The notes beneath the pieces were generated by a model that saw nothing but the letters and a program-made list of their open reading frames with translations, searched no databases and had not been told where the DNA came from. A DNA stretch of 43,294 bases from a virus (Duplodnaviria; Caudoviricetes), in the IMG/VR virus record IMGVR_UViG_3300032024_000100, positions 1 through 43,294 of that record; one strand, 5' to 3'. A program made the position numbers and the translations under genes. Of this stretch, positions 8,682-18,090 are shown piece after piece; positions within the stretch are counted from its first letter, which is position 1, and each line of letters begins with the position of its first letter.

Positions 8682-11257
8682 GCGCCTCGGACACGTTCAA
8701 TGTGATGCAGTCCGGAGACTTCCGGATGTTGCGCTGGCTCGAGATCGAGGGCCTCCCGTGGTGCTACGGGACCGGGCCGGGCAACGTCGGCGGTTCGTTC
8801 TTCACGCCTCGAGCGTCGACGGCCGAGGAGTTCGAGGGGATCCGTAGCTGGATCAAGTTACCGCCGGCGATTGAAGACGTCGAGCTCGACGTGCTCGACG
8901 CGTTCCCGAAGAACTCCGGCGCTCTTCAGGTCGAGATCGTCGACGTCGACGGCTCGGTGACTGCGCTCGTGAACACCGATCCGGGCTCCGCGCGCCTGGC
9001 GGCCGATATCACCGACGCCACAACCGAGATCGTCTACGTCGGCGCCGACCCCGGCTTCACGACCGGCGGAGGGACCGCGTACATCGGCAACGAGACGATC
9101 AAGTACACGAGCCACAGTTCCGGGGTGAAGACTCTCTACGGCTGCACTCGAGGCCGGTACCGGAGCGTTCCGCGCGAGTGGGGGATCGGCGTTCCGATCC
9201 ACATGCAGCCCTACACGATGGCGAAGCGCCGGGTCTGGTACTTCACCCTCGCGAGCTCGGAGCCGTCGACCGGCTCGTTCTTCGGCTTCGTCGACTCCGC
9301 GAAATGGCTCCGCTTCGCTGGCACGCTCGAGAGCCTCCGCGGCAACGAAGGCCTGACCGGCTACGAGCTCAAAGCGACGACCCTCGAGAAGGATCTCGAC
9401 CGGAGCGTGTTCAACGAGCTCCGCCAGTTCGAGGGCCCGGCCGAGGCGAAGATCCGCGGCCTCGGCGGGACCGAGGGCCTCGACACGGGAGCCACTTGGA
9501 GCTCGCCGGGTGTCTCGTTGCGCCTGGCGGAGGGGGAGTGCGTCGCGGTGCGGTGCGACGCCGAGCTCATGGGGATCCAACGCGTAGGAGTGACCGAGTT
9601 CCTCCGACTCGTTCGCCGCGGCCTCATGAACACGGAAATCGAGGAGCACAGCGCCGGCGCGACCATGCGCGAGGTCGTTCTCGTGTGCCCTGGCGTCTCG
9701 GGAGCTCACACCGACATTCCGCCGGCGACCGGAGCCGAGGCCTACCTCTCGTTCTTCTCGAGCTACGGATCGGCCGGGACTTCCGCCGGCGGGGGCGGCA
9801 CGTGGTTTCCCGCCGATCACCCGCTGGCGATCATGCTTTGCGTGATGCTCTCCGGCTCGAAGCTCGCGACGAACGACACCGACGGGAACGGCTTCGTGAC
9901 CCCGGGCCGGTCGTTCGATCTCGGCGCCTCGTTCGAGCTCGAGGCCCTTCCGCCGGCCGCGTGGTTTCTCGGGATCGACGCGACTCGCCTCGACCTGAAT
10001 CAGATCGTTCGGCTCGCGAACGAGACCGCCTGGCTCCGGGTTTCCGGCGTGATCGAAGACTCGGTGAACTTCATCACTTGGGCGAAGACCCTCCTCCAGC
10101 CGTTCGGCTTCTACGTGACCTACACCGCGGACGGGCTCTTCACCGTGAAGCCGCTCCGGCCGCCTCTCCCTGGCTCGACGCTTCGAGCTCTCACCGACAA
10201 CGATCGGATCCAGACGGCGCGGCCGAGCTACGACGCGAACCTCTCCTCGGTCGTCTCGCGCGTCGAGTACCGCTACGGGTGGGACATTGCCGAGAGCCGC
10301 TTCCGCCGGATCGTCGTGCTTCAAGTGAACGAAGGCGAGCTCTACAGCGCGGGCCGCGGCCGCACCCTCGTCTACGAGTCGAAGCTCCTCTACACGGGCC
10401 GCGAACGAATCCCCGGCGAGCTCTCGCGCGACGTCGGCTTCAACGTGCAGGAGCTCCTCCGCCAGCGGGGGGACTTCTACCAGGCCAGGTTCGCGCGGCC
10501 GCCGGCGATCATCGTCGAGACCGTGAAGCTCGACCTGATCGACGTGGCGCTCGGGGATCTGATCGCGCTCACCTCGACGAACTCACCGAGCGCGAACGGC
10601 GGAGGTCGCGGGCTCGACGAAGCGATCTGCGAAGTGATCGGCCGGCGCGTTGACGAGGTGGAGAAGACGATCGAGATCACACTTCTCCTCACGGGGTTCT
10701 CGACCGGCGACTACCGATGCATTGGGCCAAGCGCGGTGATCTCCGGCGTCTCGGCCTCCGGCGGGAACACCGACGTCGCGCTCTACGTCGACCCTCCGGG
10801 CCTCGAGTTGAACGGCCGCGGCGGTTGGTACGACTACACGCGCGACCCCGCGGCGAGCGACGGTCAACCGACCGAAGGCCTGATCGGCGGAAACCAGATC
10901 ACCTACTTCCCGCCTGGCGCGGCCGTTCGCGTGTTCACGAACAACGGCGACACGACGAACCCGAAGTGGGATTGGTCGACCTCCCCGGGCTCCGGCTTCC
11001 TCGTCCTCTCCTCGACGTCCTACCCGCCAGTCGTCCAGATCTCCGGCGCCCACACCTTCAACGACGGCGATCTCCTCGTCTACGACGGGTGGACTACCAA
11101 CCCCGGCGCCGGACCGTTGAACGGGATCGTGTGCGGCTCGAGGCCGGCGCCGGCGGGACTGACCGACCTCACGATCGGTCGGATCTTCGCCTTCCTGGCG
11201 GACTCGGCCGGGCTCCTCGGAGGCACCGACCCCGGTCACAAGTTCTTCCCGGCGTGA
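8678..11257 (+). CDS. Tail tip/baseplate hub protein
   Basis: 859 aa; repeated E.I.Y...RG motifs; C-terminal DVALGDLIALT...CEVIGRRVD...IEITLL hub signature. Confidence 0.7.
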   Translation: MSASDTFNVMQSGDFRMLRWLEIEGLPWCYGTGPGNVGGSFFTPRASTAEEFEGIRSWIKLPPAIEDVELDVLDAFPKNSGALQVEIVDVDGSVTALVNTDPGSARLAADITDATTEIVYVGADPGFTTGGGTAYIGNETIKYTSHSSGVKTLYGCTRGRYRSVPREWGIGVPIHMQPYTMAKRRVWYFTLASSEPSTGSFFGFVDSAKWLRFAGTLESLRGNEGLTGYELKATTLEKDLDRSVFNELRQFEGPAEAKIRGLGGTEGLDTGATWSSPGVSLRLAEGECVAVRCDAELMGIQRVGVTEFLRLVRRGLMNTEIEEHSAGATMREVVLVCPGVSGAHTDIPPATGAEAYLSFFSSYGSAGTSAGGGGTWFPADHPLAIMLCVMLSGSKLATNDTDGNGFVTPGRSFDLGASFELEALPPAAWFLGIDATRLDLNQIVRLANETAWLRVSGVIEDSVNFITWAKTLLQPFGFYVTYTADGLFTVKPLRPPLPGSTLRALTDNDRIQTARPSYDANLSSVVSRVEYRYGWDIAESRFRRIVVLQVNEGELYSAGRGRTLVYESKLLYTGRERIPGELSRDVGFNVQELLRQRGDFYQARFARPPAIIVETVKLDLIDVALGDLIALTSTNSPSANGGGRGLDEAICEVIGRRVDEVEKTIEITLLLTGFSTGDYRCIGPSAVISGVSASGGNTDVALYVDPPGLELNGRGGWYDYTRDPAASDGQPTEGLIGGNQITYFPPGAAVRVFTNNGDTTNPKWDWSTSPGSGFLVLSSTSYPPVVQISGAHTFNDGDLLVYDGWTTNPGAGPLNGIVCGSRPAPAGLTDLTIGRIFAFLADSAGLLGGTDPGHKFFPA

Positions 11258-11269
11258 GAAGGTGACCGC

Positions 11270-13360
11270 ATGGCGATCCGCACCATTCCGACGATCTTCC
11301 CGAACATCCTCCCATCGGAGATCGCGGTCGGCCGAGCTCTGAAGTCGGACGTGTTCCGCCGCTTCGCGCAAGCTCAGAACTACCTCTGGAGCAACATCCG
11401 CCGCGCCTACGCGTTCTGGGCCTACGACGGCGAGGGCAACTTCGCGGCCGGCTCGACGATCGCCGAGACGCACGACCGCGAGAGCGTTCTCGGCCGCGAG
11501 GACCCGATGATCGTCGACATGCCCGGGGGGAACTACAGGGGCCTCTGCGTTGCGACCTTCCGGATCCCTCCGCCTCCGGTCGGGAACACCGCGGCGCGCT
11601 TTCAGGGCCGCGCGAGCTACACCGAAGAGGCCGGCGGAACCGCGGTGATCCGCGTCACGCTTCACGAGCTCGACGCGGCCGAGACGTACACGGGGATCTA
11701 CGCCGAGGACACCCTGGGCACGACCGACACGGCCTGGGATTGGTCGCTCGAGGTGGGGATCCCCTCCAACAGGCCGATGGTCGGGAAGCTCTGGATCGGC
11801 GGGACCCTCACGTGGGCGCCGGCCGCGGGTGGCGGCTTGACTCACTACGATCCCGGCGCCGCCGACGAGGACGTGCTGCTGATCTATAGCGTGAGCGGCC
11901 GCTGGCTCCCGCCGGCGGAGTTCCCGACCGTCGGCCTCCTCCCGTTCGAGCCGACGGCGATCGACAACAGCACCTGCGTTGACGTGGCGATCCTCGATCA
12001 GGTGCGACGCCAGCTGGTGAGCCTGGCGGGGTCGCGCGGTCAACTCGAGATCCTCCAGACCTGGCTCCACTACGCGGTCGGCTCGGTCTCGACGAGCTTC
12101 GAGGAGGTCGGCCGCTACGTGATCTACATTTCCGCCGCGGTGACCGAGATCACCGTGCGGATCACCGCGCTCCGGACCGAGGTCGACGACGCGGAGATCC
12201 AGATCAAGATCGACGGCTCGGTCGAGGCGACGATCACCGCCAACTACACCCAATACGAGGCCGGGAACTACGAGGTGACGATCGCGGTCACCGGCGACAT
12301 GGAGGTGACTCTCACCGTCGAAGCGCGCCTCACGGTCGCGCTCGGCGCCGGGCCCTTCGTCGGCGACTCGGTTCAAGGGATCGAAGTCCTCGGCGTGTTC
12401 GCCTACGAGAGCGCGGTCGATCAAACCGGGTGGATCGAGACCGGGCCCACCGACTTCTCGCCGCTCGACGAGAACCGCCTGAAGGCGAACGATATCGTCT
12501 CGGTCGAGCTCGAGGCCGTCGAGGGAGCTCGGACCGGGCTCCTCTCGCTGCTCAACAACAACCTCTGGCTTGCGAAGCATCGGCTGCGCTCGTTGGTCGG
12601 TGACTGGCGCCGGCGCACGTACAAGCGGATCGACGACGACTCAGGCACCGCGGTCTTCGGCGCCGACCCTGGCGCGTTCTGGGATTGGACCCGCGGAATC
12701 GAGGCCGTCGCCTGGCGGCTCCTCAAAGGGAAGAACATCACGGTCCGCGGCGACGGGGTGACCGACGACGGCTGGGGTCGCGCGGCCGCTGGGCATAACA
12801 ACCTCGACGGGTACGGCCGCGCGCCGCACGGGTACTCCGACACGGGCGGAGGCGGGAGCGCTTCCGTCTGGCCCTCGACGCAGACCTACCGAGGGCACGG
12901 CCGCCGGCTCTCGGCGATCTACTGTGGCGTTCCGACCGGGTACCAGTTCCACGCGACCGACGGCACCGCGACCTCGACCATGCACGCTCGAGCTCGTCGG
13001 CTTCGTCCGGCGCTCTTCGGTACGACGTTCGACGGCGGGACGCTCGGCCCGGCCCTCGAGGAGCCGAACTGGGTCAACCGCGGATCGCTCGAGGTCGACT
13101 GGCCTTCAACGGGCGGGCTCTCGTTCCCGATCCGCTCGAGCGCGCCGGCGGTCGTCGACGATCATCAACTGCGCTGGCTCTCCGCTCAATCGAAGCTCTC
13201 CTACGTCGGCGAGGGGACGGTGCGCGGCCGCCTCCCGATCAAGTGGATCCCGATCGACACGGCGAACACCCTCGAGGGGACCCTGTTCGAGATCGAGCTC
13301 ACCGCGCTTCTCGTGATGGACGATCCCCTGCCGGCGACTTCCCTCGCGCTCCTCGCGTGA
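11270..13360 (+). CDS. Minor tail/structural protein
   Basis: 696 aa, acidic and beta-rich; recurring (Q/N)N.LW-type segments; synteny. Confidence 0.6.
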   Translation: MAIRTIPTIFPNILPSEIAVGRALKSDVFRRFAQAQNYLWSNIRRAYAFWAYDGEGNFAAGSTIAETHDRESVLGREDPMIVDMPGGNYRGLCVATFRIPPPPVGNTAARFQGRASYTEEAGGTAVIRVTLHELDAAETYTGIYAEDTLGTTDTAWDWSLEVGIPSNRPMVGKLWIGGTLTWAPAAGGGLTHYDPGAADEDVLLIYSVSGRWLPPAEFPTVGLLPFEPTAIDNSTCVDVAILDQVRRQLVSLAGSRGQLEILQTWLHYAVGSVSTSFEEVGRYVIYISAAVTEITVRITALRTEVDDAEIQIKIDGSVEATITANYTQYEAGNYEVTIAVTGDMEVTLTVEARLTVALGAGPFVGDSVQGIEVLGVFAYESAVDQTGWIETGPTDFSPLDENRLKANDIVSVELEAVEGARTGLLSLLNNNLWLAKHRLRSLVGDWRRRTYKRIDDDSGTAVFGADPGAFWDWTRGIEAVAWRLLKGKNITVRGDGVTDDGWGRAAAGHNNLDGYGRAPHGYSDTGGGGSASVWPSTQTYRGHGRRLSAIYCGVPTGYQFHATDGTATSTMHARARRLRPALFGTTFDGGTLGPALEEPNWVNRGSLEVDWPSTGGLSFPIRSSAPAVVDDHQLRWLSAQSKLSYVGEGTVRGRLPIKWIPIDTANTLEGTLFEIELTALLVMDDPLPATSLALLA

Positions 13361-13375
13361 CGTAGGGTTCGCCTC

Positions 13376-13630
13376 ATGCACTTCAAAAACGGACGTGAGG
13401 CGAAGAACGGTGACCGCGTTGTCCTGATCCAGGCGTACGGGCCGCCGGTGACCGGCATCCTGTACGACGCGACCCCGGGCAACGACACCTGCAACGGGCG
13501 GATCGCGATCGCGAGCTCGAGCGACCCCTGCCCCAACCTGGCCGAGTGCCTCCACGCCGACGACGTGAAGGCCGCGCTCTCCGGCGCCGTCGCCGACACC
13601 TCGAAGCCCGCGGCCGCGCCGGCGGAGTGA
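13376..13630 (+). CDS. Conserved small phage protein (MH.KNGREAK.GD family), function unknown
   Basis: MHFKNGREAKNGDRVV...GILYDATPGNDTCNGRIA...ECLHADDV; TAGGGT-N7-ATG upstream. Confidence 0.8.
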   Translation: MHFKNGREAKNGDRVVLIQAYGPPVTGILYDATPGNDTCNGRIAIASSSDPCPNLAECLHADDVKAALSGAVADTSKPAAAPAE

Positions 13631-13661
13631 CGAACGCCGAGAGGGCGGATACGTTCGACGA

Positions 13662-14120
13662 ATGCTCAAGCTCTCGATCGTTCGGTTCGCCCTCTCGGAG
13701 AAGACCTCGATCGCCGTGATGACCGCGGCCGGCGCCTTCCAGTGCTTCACGCTCGAGGACAAAACCCGGCCCGACGGTGAGAAGGTGCCAGGTGAGACCG
13801 CGATCCCGCTCGGCCGCTATAACGTCGAGATCACGTGGTCGGAGAAATTCAAGCGGCCGCTCCCGTTGATCTGGAACACGCTCCTCCCCGACGGCCGGAA
13901 GATCATCCGCTCCGCCGACGGCCGCGCTTCCTGGGAAGGCGTTCGCTTCCACGCGGGCAACGGGCCCGAAGACACCCTGGCTTGCGTGCTCACCGGCTCG
14001 ACCTTCTCGGTCGATCACGTCGAGGGCTCGGTGAAGGCCTTCGACGCGTTCTTCGCGAAGCTCGAGGTCGCCGGCGGGAAGGCGATCCTCGAGGTGTCGA
14101 TCGCTCCGGCCCTTCTCTGA
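13662..14120 (+). CDS. DUF5675-family protein, candidate endolysin
   Basis: CFTLED...ETAIPLGRY...SEKF...GVRFHAGN..EDT.ACVLTG signature; next to a holin-like gene. Confidence 0.8.
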   Translation: MLKLSIVRFALSEKTSIAVMTAAGAFQCFTLEDKTRPDGEKVPGETAIPLGRYNVEITWSEKFKRPLPLIWNTLLPDGRKIIRSADGRASWEGVRFHAGNGPEDTLACVLTGSTFSVDHVEGSVKAFDAFFAKLEVAGGKAILEVSIAPALL

Positions 14121-14158
14121 TACGGTCTTTGCCGCACCCTCACCCGGAAGGTTTCGCC

Positions 14159-14656
14159 ATGCACAAGCGCCTCGCAGTCCTCGCCCTCCTCGCGTTCGGA
14201 ACGCTGGCCCTTGCGGCCGGCGCGGTCTCCGCGACTCAGTATCAGCTGGATTCCACGAACGCGGCGCCGACCGTGATCACCGAAGGACAGCCGCTCACGC
14301 TCAACGGCGCGCCGGCGACCGGCCTCACCGTGTCGGTCTCCGACTACAACGACGGCGGAGCCGATCACGACTTCATCTGGCTGGGCAACGTGAAGGCCTT
14401 TGTCTGGAACAAGTCGCTGAAGTTCCCCGACGGCGGGGCCGGGTGGATGCGCGCGCCTCAGTACGACTTCGCCGGAACGCTCACGGGCGCGCCGATTCAG
14501 GCCGACAAGGTTCACGGTCACTCCTACACCTTCCCCGCGACCACGACGCTCCCGGCGGCCGACGGTGACTCGCGGATCTACTTCCAGACGACCGGCGTTC
14601 TCGGGAACGACGCCGGCACTCCGCGTCACACGATCAAGATTCAGGTCCGCTACTAA
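14159..14656 (+). CDS. Secreted/periplasmic beta-rich protein
   Basis: Sec signal MHKRLAVLALLAFGTLALA; DGG/DAG motifs. Confidence 0.75.
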   Translation: MHKRLAVLALLAFGTLALAAGAVSATQYQLDSTNAAPTVITEGQPLTLNGAPATGLTVSVSDYNDGGADHDFIWLGNVKAFVWNKSLKFPDGGAGWMRAPQYDFAGTLTGAPIQADKVHGHSYTFPATTTLPAADGDSRIYFQTTGVLGNDAGTPRHTIKIQVRY

Positions 14657-14689
14657 GACCTCCGCCGCTCCTCGAACGAAAGGCCCGCC

Positions 14690-15340
14690 ATGCGTCTCTG
14701 GATCATCGTCGCCGCGTTGTCTGTCATCGCCGTTTCCGAGGCGCGAACCGCCTACGCCTCGAGCTCGAGTGTCTCGCGCGCGAGCTTCGAGCGGAGCGAC
14801 TCGAGCTTCCGGCCGTCGGGTCTGCCGATCGTCACATTCGCCGGCGGGACGCTCGTCGAGTCGGAGCCGGCCGCGCCGGCGGGCTCGGTCTGGCTCAAGG
14901 TCTCGAGCGCGCTCTCGGACTTCGTAGCGACCGCGATCCTGGCGGCGCTCGGGTTCCTGATCGCGTTCCTCCGGAGCAGGTCGAGCGAAAGCAAGGCCGC
15001 GAACATCGGTCTCGTGATCACCGAAGCCGCTCGAGCCGCGGTGCTCGAGCTCGACGCCTCGCTCAAGCCGACGCTGAAAGCCTACCTGGCCGACGGCATC
15101 CTCTCCGACGAGGAGAAGGCCGACCTGAAGGCGCGCGCGATGCTGATCCTTACGACGAAGCTCCCGCCGGGGATCCTCAAGACCGCCGGCGAAGTGTTCG
15201 GCGCCGCGTTCGTGACGACCTACCTCTCCGGGAAGATCGAGCAAGCCGTCGCGGAAAAGAACGCGATGCAGGCCGCCGGCGAGAAGCTCGCGCCAGGTGC
15301 GAAGATCTCGGAGCTCGTCGCGGTCCCTCCGGCGCCCTGA
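14690..15340 (+). CDS. Holin-like membrane protein (LL-H-like) with an N-terminal signal peptide
   Basis: TM FVATAILAALGFLIAFL then ITEAARAAV...DGILSDEEKADLK.RA...YLSGKIEQAVAE. Confidence 0.65.
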   Translation: MRLWIIVAALSVIAVSEARTAYASSSSVSRASFERSDSSFRPSGLPIVTFAGGTLVESEPAAPAGSVWLKVSSALSDFVATAILAALGFLIAFLRSRSSESKAANIGLVITEAARAAVLELDASLKPTLKAYLADGILSDEEKADLKARAMLILTTKLPPGILKTAGEVFGAAFVTTYLSGKIEQAVAEKNAMQAAGEKLAPGAKISELVAVPPAP

Positions 15341-15615
15341 CGGACCCGAAGCCGCCGGAGCTCGACGACGCTCCGGTTCGCGAGGAGGTTCGATCAGGGC
15401 TCGAGCGTGTCGAGAAGTTGAAGCCCGGGACCGGGTACGCGGAGCTCACCGCGGGGGCTCGGGGTCTCTTCGCTGGACCGGCCGTCGTGTTCGCGCGGGG
15501 GGAGGTGGGTTGGAAACCCGCGGCGAACGTAGCGCTGTTCGGCTTCGGAGAGGCCTCGAGCTCGGGGCCGGCGCCAGGGTGGCAAGCCGGCCTGGGCGCT
15601 CGTGTAACGTGGTGA
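15337..15615 (+). CDS. Small beta-strand protein ending in Trp; start uncertain (CTG 15337, TTG 15418, or frameshift from the holin)
   Basis: LTDPKPPELDD...FARGEVGWKPAANVALFGFGE...WQAGLGARVTW*; alternating amphipathic strands. Confidence 0.6.
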   Translation: MTDPKPPELDDAPVREEVRSGLERVEKLKPGTGYAELTAGARGLFAGPAVVFARGEVGWKPAANVALFGFGEASSSGPAPGWQAGLGARVTW

Positions 15616-15619
15616 CCGC

Positions 15620-16219
15620 ATGAACCTGATCTCCTCGAGCCAGAAGAATGCGAGCGCCGCCGGCCGCGGCCTCATGACTGCCGCGCACTACTCGAAGCTC
15701 GAGGCGCTCATGTCGGAGGCCGCGCAAGACGCGCGGTTTGATGCGCTCGAGGCGACGTCTCACGCGGCCGCGACGGTCGCGAGCTCGCCGGCCGGCTGGC
15801 TCTCGATCGTCGGACAGGCGCTCACGTTCGCGCTCGTAGCGGCCGGGGCCGCGGTCGACGGCGTGATCAATCAGGTCGCGCAGACCCTCACGGGCGCGAA
15901 GCGCGGCGCGGTCGTCTCGCTCACCTCGAGCGGCGCCGCGGTCGCGGTCAATCTCGCACTCGCGAACAACTTCGCGCACGCCCTCACGGAGAACACGACC
16001 CTCGGCACGCCTACGAATCCGGTCGCCGGGCAGTCTGGCGTGATCGTGTTCACTCAGCACGCGAGCTCGGCGAAGACCCTCGGCTTCAACTCGTTCTGGA
16101 AGTTCGCCGGCGGGAACGTCCCGGTTCTCTCGACCTCGCTCGGCGCCGTCGACACGTTCGCCTACTACGTCGAGAGCGCTACCCGCGCGACTTGCTCGCT
16201 CGTGAAGGACGTTCGGTGA
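15620..16219 (+). CDS. Tail fibre-type protein
   Basis: C-terminal NNFAHALTENTTLGTPTN..AGQSG.I...Q...KF.GG..P.LST...AVD domain common in phage fibres. Confidence 0.7.
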   Translation: MNLISSSQKNASAAGRGLMTAAHYSKLEALMSEAAQDARFDALEATSHAAATVASSPAGWLSIVGQALTFALVAAGAAVDGVINQVAQTLTGAKRGAVVSLTSSGAAVAVNLALANNFAHALTENTTLGTPTNPVAGQSGVIVFTQHASSAKTLGFNSFWKFAGGNVPVLSTSLGAVDTFAYYVESATRATCSLVKDVR

Positions 16220-16905
16220 TCTCGAACTCCCTCCTCCTGGCGGCCGCGGCGTCGTCGACCCTGCTCAACGGGTTGGTGGGGTACTGGCCGCTCGACGGCA
16301 ACGGCAACGACGCGCTCGGCGTGAGCAACGGCACAGTGCAGGGCACTGGAAGCTCGTGGTCCACGGGGAAATTGGGATCGGCTTTCCATACTGGCGGCTC
16401 GGCGCGCGTGAACTTGGGCGGCGCCGCGCAGATCAAGCCGACGGAGAACATGACGATCGGGGGCTGGTTCTGGTTCAACGGCTCGGCTCCGAACGGACGT
16501 CTCTGCTCTGACTGGCATCAGGACGGTTCGAAGGATCGATGGATCTTCCCGTACTCTTTCGGCTCGTCGTCGATCTTTCTGCACATGGGGGTGAACATCT
16601 CGCTCGGGGTTGTCGGCGGCTCGATCCCCGTAGCCTCGTGGGTTCACCTGTTGGCGACAGTCGCCGGCCCTTCGGGCGGAAACGTCGCGTCCACCTACGT
16701 GAACGCGGGATTTGTCTCGAGCGCTGGGCAAGGCACGTTGACGCGAACCGGGGCGGGCAACGTCTGCCTCGGGTTGCAGGAGGAAGGCGGCGGAGGCATG
16801 GACGGGCGGATCGACGAGTTCGCCATGTGGAACCGCGTGCTCACCGCTGGCGAGATCGCAGAGTGGTACAACGCCGGATCCGGAAAGACGCACCCGTTCG
16901 TCTGA
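16216..16905 (+). CDS. LamG/concanavalin-A-like domain protein, candidate receptor-binding protein
   Basis: GLVGYWPLDGNGND, WVHL.AT, GRIDEFAMWNRVLTAGEI motifs. Confidence 0.88.
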   Translation: MISNSLLLAAAASSTLLNGLVGYWPLDGNGNDALGVSNGTVQGTGSSWSTGKLGSAFHTGGSARVNLGGAAQIKPTENMTIGGWFWFNGSAPNGRLCSDWHQDGSKDRWIFPYSFGSSSIFLHMGVNISLGVVGGSIPVASWVHLLATVAGPSGGNVASTYVNAGFVSSAGQGTLTRTGAGNVCLGLQEEGGGGMDGRIDEFAMWNRVLTAGEIAEWYNAGSGKTHPFV

Positions 16906-16913
16906 GGAGTCGC

Positions 16914-17168
16914 ATGAAGCCGAGAATTGAATCAGCGCTGGCCGGAGTCTTCGCAGAGGTGGCAACGCTTCCAAAGCGCGGGGCACGCATCGACACGCTT
17001 CGAGAGATCGCCGTCGCCGTTCACGCCGAGCGCGATCGACTCTCGAACGAAGCCGCGGCCGACGAGGCGCTCGAGCGCCAGGCCTTGCTCGACCCGGCCG
17101 TGATTGCGGCCGTCGACGCCGCGAAGGCCCGGATCCTCGCCGACCGCCGGAACGTCCCGGTACCGTAA
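16914..17168 (+). CDS. Hypothetical helical protein (84 aa)
   Basis: SD GAGGAG then ATG 16914; abuts the next gene. Confidence 0.65.
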   Translation: MKPRIESALAGVFAEVATLPKRGARIDTLREIAVAVHAERDRLSNEAAADEALERQALLDPAVIAAVDAAKARILADRRNVPVP

Positions 17169-17759
17169 ATGGCGAACCCGCGGCCCTTCCTCGTTCGCAA
17201 CGAAGCCGGTCCCGTCGAAGGGGCGGCCGCGGGCATGTCTGCGATCGCCTACTCGGCGCGAGGAGTGGCCCGTGGAGCTCGAGCGATCACCGAACGAGGC
17301 GCCGGCGGCTACCACGTCGAGGTCACCGACGCCGACGAGGCCGAGCGAACGGTGATCCTGATCAATACCGGCGGCCTCGAGCCGCTCCGCTACTGCCTGG
17401 CGGTCTCCCTCGCCGACCGGTCGAACGCGTTCTGGGCCTTCCACGTCGAGACCGAGGCCGGCGCCCTCTGGCCAGGCGCGGCTCCGACGATCGCCGCGGG
17501 CTCCTACATCGACCGGGATCTCGTCGAGAGGACCCCGCCGGAGCTCCTCCCGGTCGCCGGCGCCCACCTGTGGGCCGCCATTCCGACCCCCTCCGACCTG
17601 GCGGCCGGGGTTCAGATCCGCTTTGACGGGCCCGCCGGGAGCTCCCAGCCCTACTTTTTGGGGTTCTCAGAGACCCTGGCGGTCTCGCCGGCGTCCTACG
17701 TGCCTCCCCGGACCGGCGCCCTCGTTCGTTCAACCGACGGCGCGGCCGTCCTGAGGTGA
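17169..17759 (+). CDS. Hypothetical, probably structural protein
   Basis: TAA-ATG coupling; beta-rich; lies in the tail module. Confidence 0.6.
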   Translation: MANPRPFLVRNEAGPVEGAAAGMSAIAYSARGVARGARAITERGAGGYHVEVTDADEAERTVILINTGGLEPLRYCLAVSLADRSNAFWAFHVETEAGALWPGAAPTIAAGSYIDRDLVERTPPELLPVAGAHLWAAIPTPSDLAAGVQIRFDGPAGSSQPYFLGFSETLAVSPASYVPPRTGALVRSTDGAAVLR

Positions 17760-17763
17760 TCCC

Positions 17764-18090
17764 ATGGCAACGCGAACGATGCGAGTCGGCGACCGGAACC
17801 CCTTGCAGGTGGCCCTCCGGGAAGAGAGCGGGACCCCGGTCGACCTCTCCGGCTCGACGGTGACCGCTCGAGTCGCCTCGGTCGCGACCGGGCTCGTGAT
17901 CGTCGACGACCGCGCGTGCGTGATCGACGACGCGGCCGACGGGCTCGTCACGCTCGAGGTCGCGGCCGACGACACGGCCGCGGGTCGCGAGGGGATCCAC
18001 GACGTCACCTTCCGAGTCACGACCGCCGGCGGGCTCCCGCGCACCTTCCCCGCGCGGGGCCCGTTGAAGCTCGTCGTGCTCCCCCGCTAA
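17764..18090 (+). CDS. BppU N-terminal-like (baseplate upper) domain protein
   Basis: GDRNPLQVAL...PVDLSGSTV...DAADGLV...DT...RTFP signature; SD GAGGTG. Confidence 0.75.
   Translation: MATRTMRVGDRNPLQVALREESGTPVDLSGSTVTARVASVATGLVIVDDRACVIDDAADGLVTLEVAADDTAAGREGIHDVTFRVTTAGGLPRTFPARGPLKLVVLPR

Noticed and set aside
5782-12580. Long minus-strand ORFs (5782-7242, 8858-10324, 10583-12580) and similar ones such as 38587-40068 and 31414-32628
   Set aside because: Antisense shadows of high-GC genes: no RBS, no motifs, and opposite clear + strand genes.
15335-15623. +1 frameshift at CCC TGA at the end of the holin gene
   Set aside because: The +1 frame translates to Arg/Gly-rich non-protein-like sequence; the plausible coding frame is -1.
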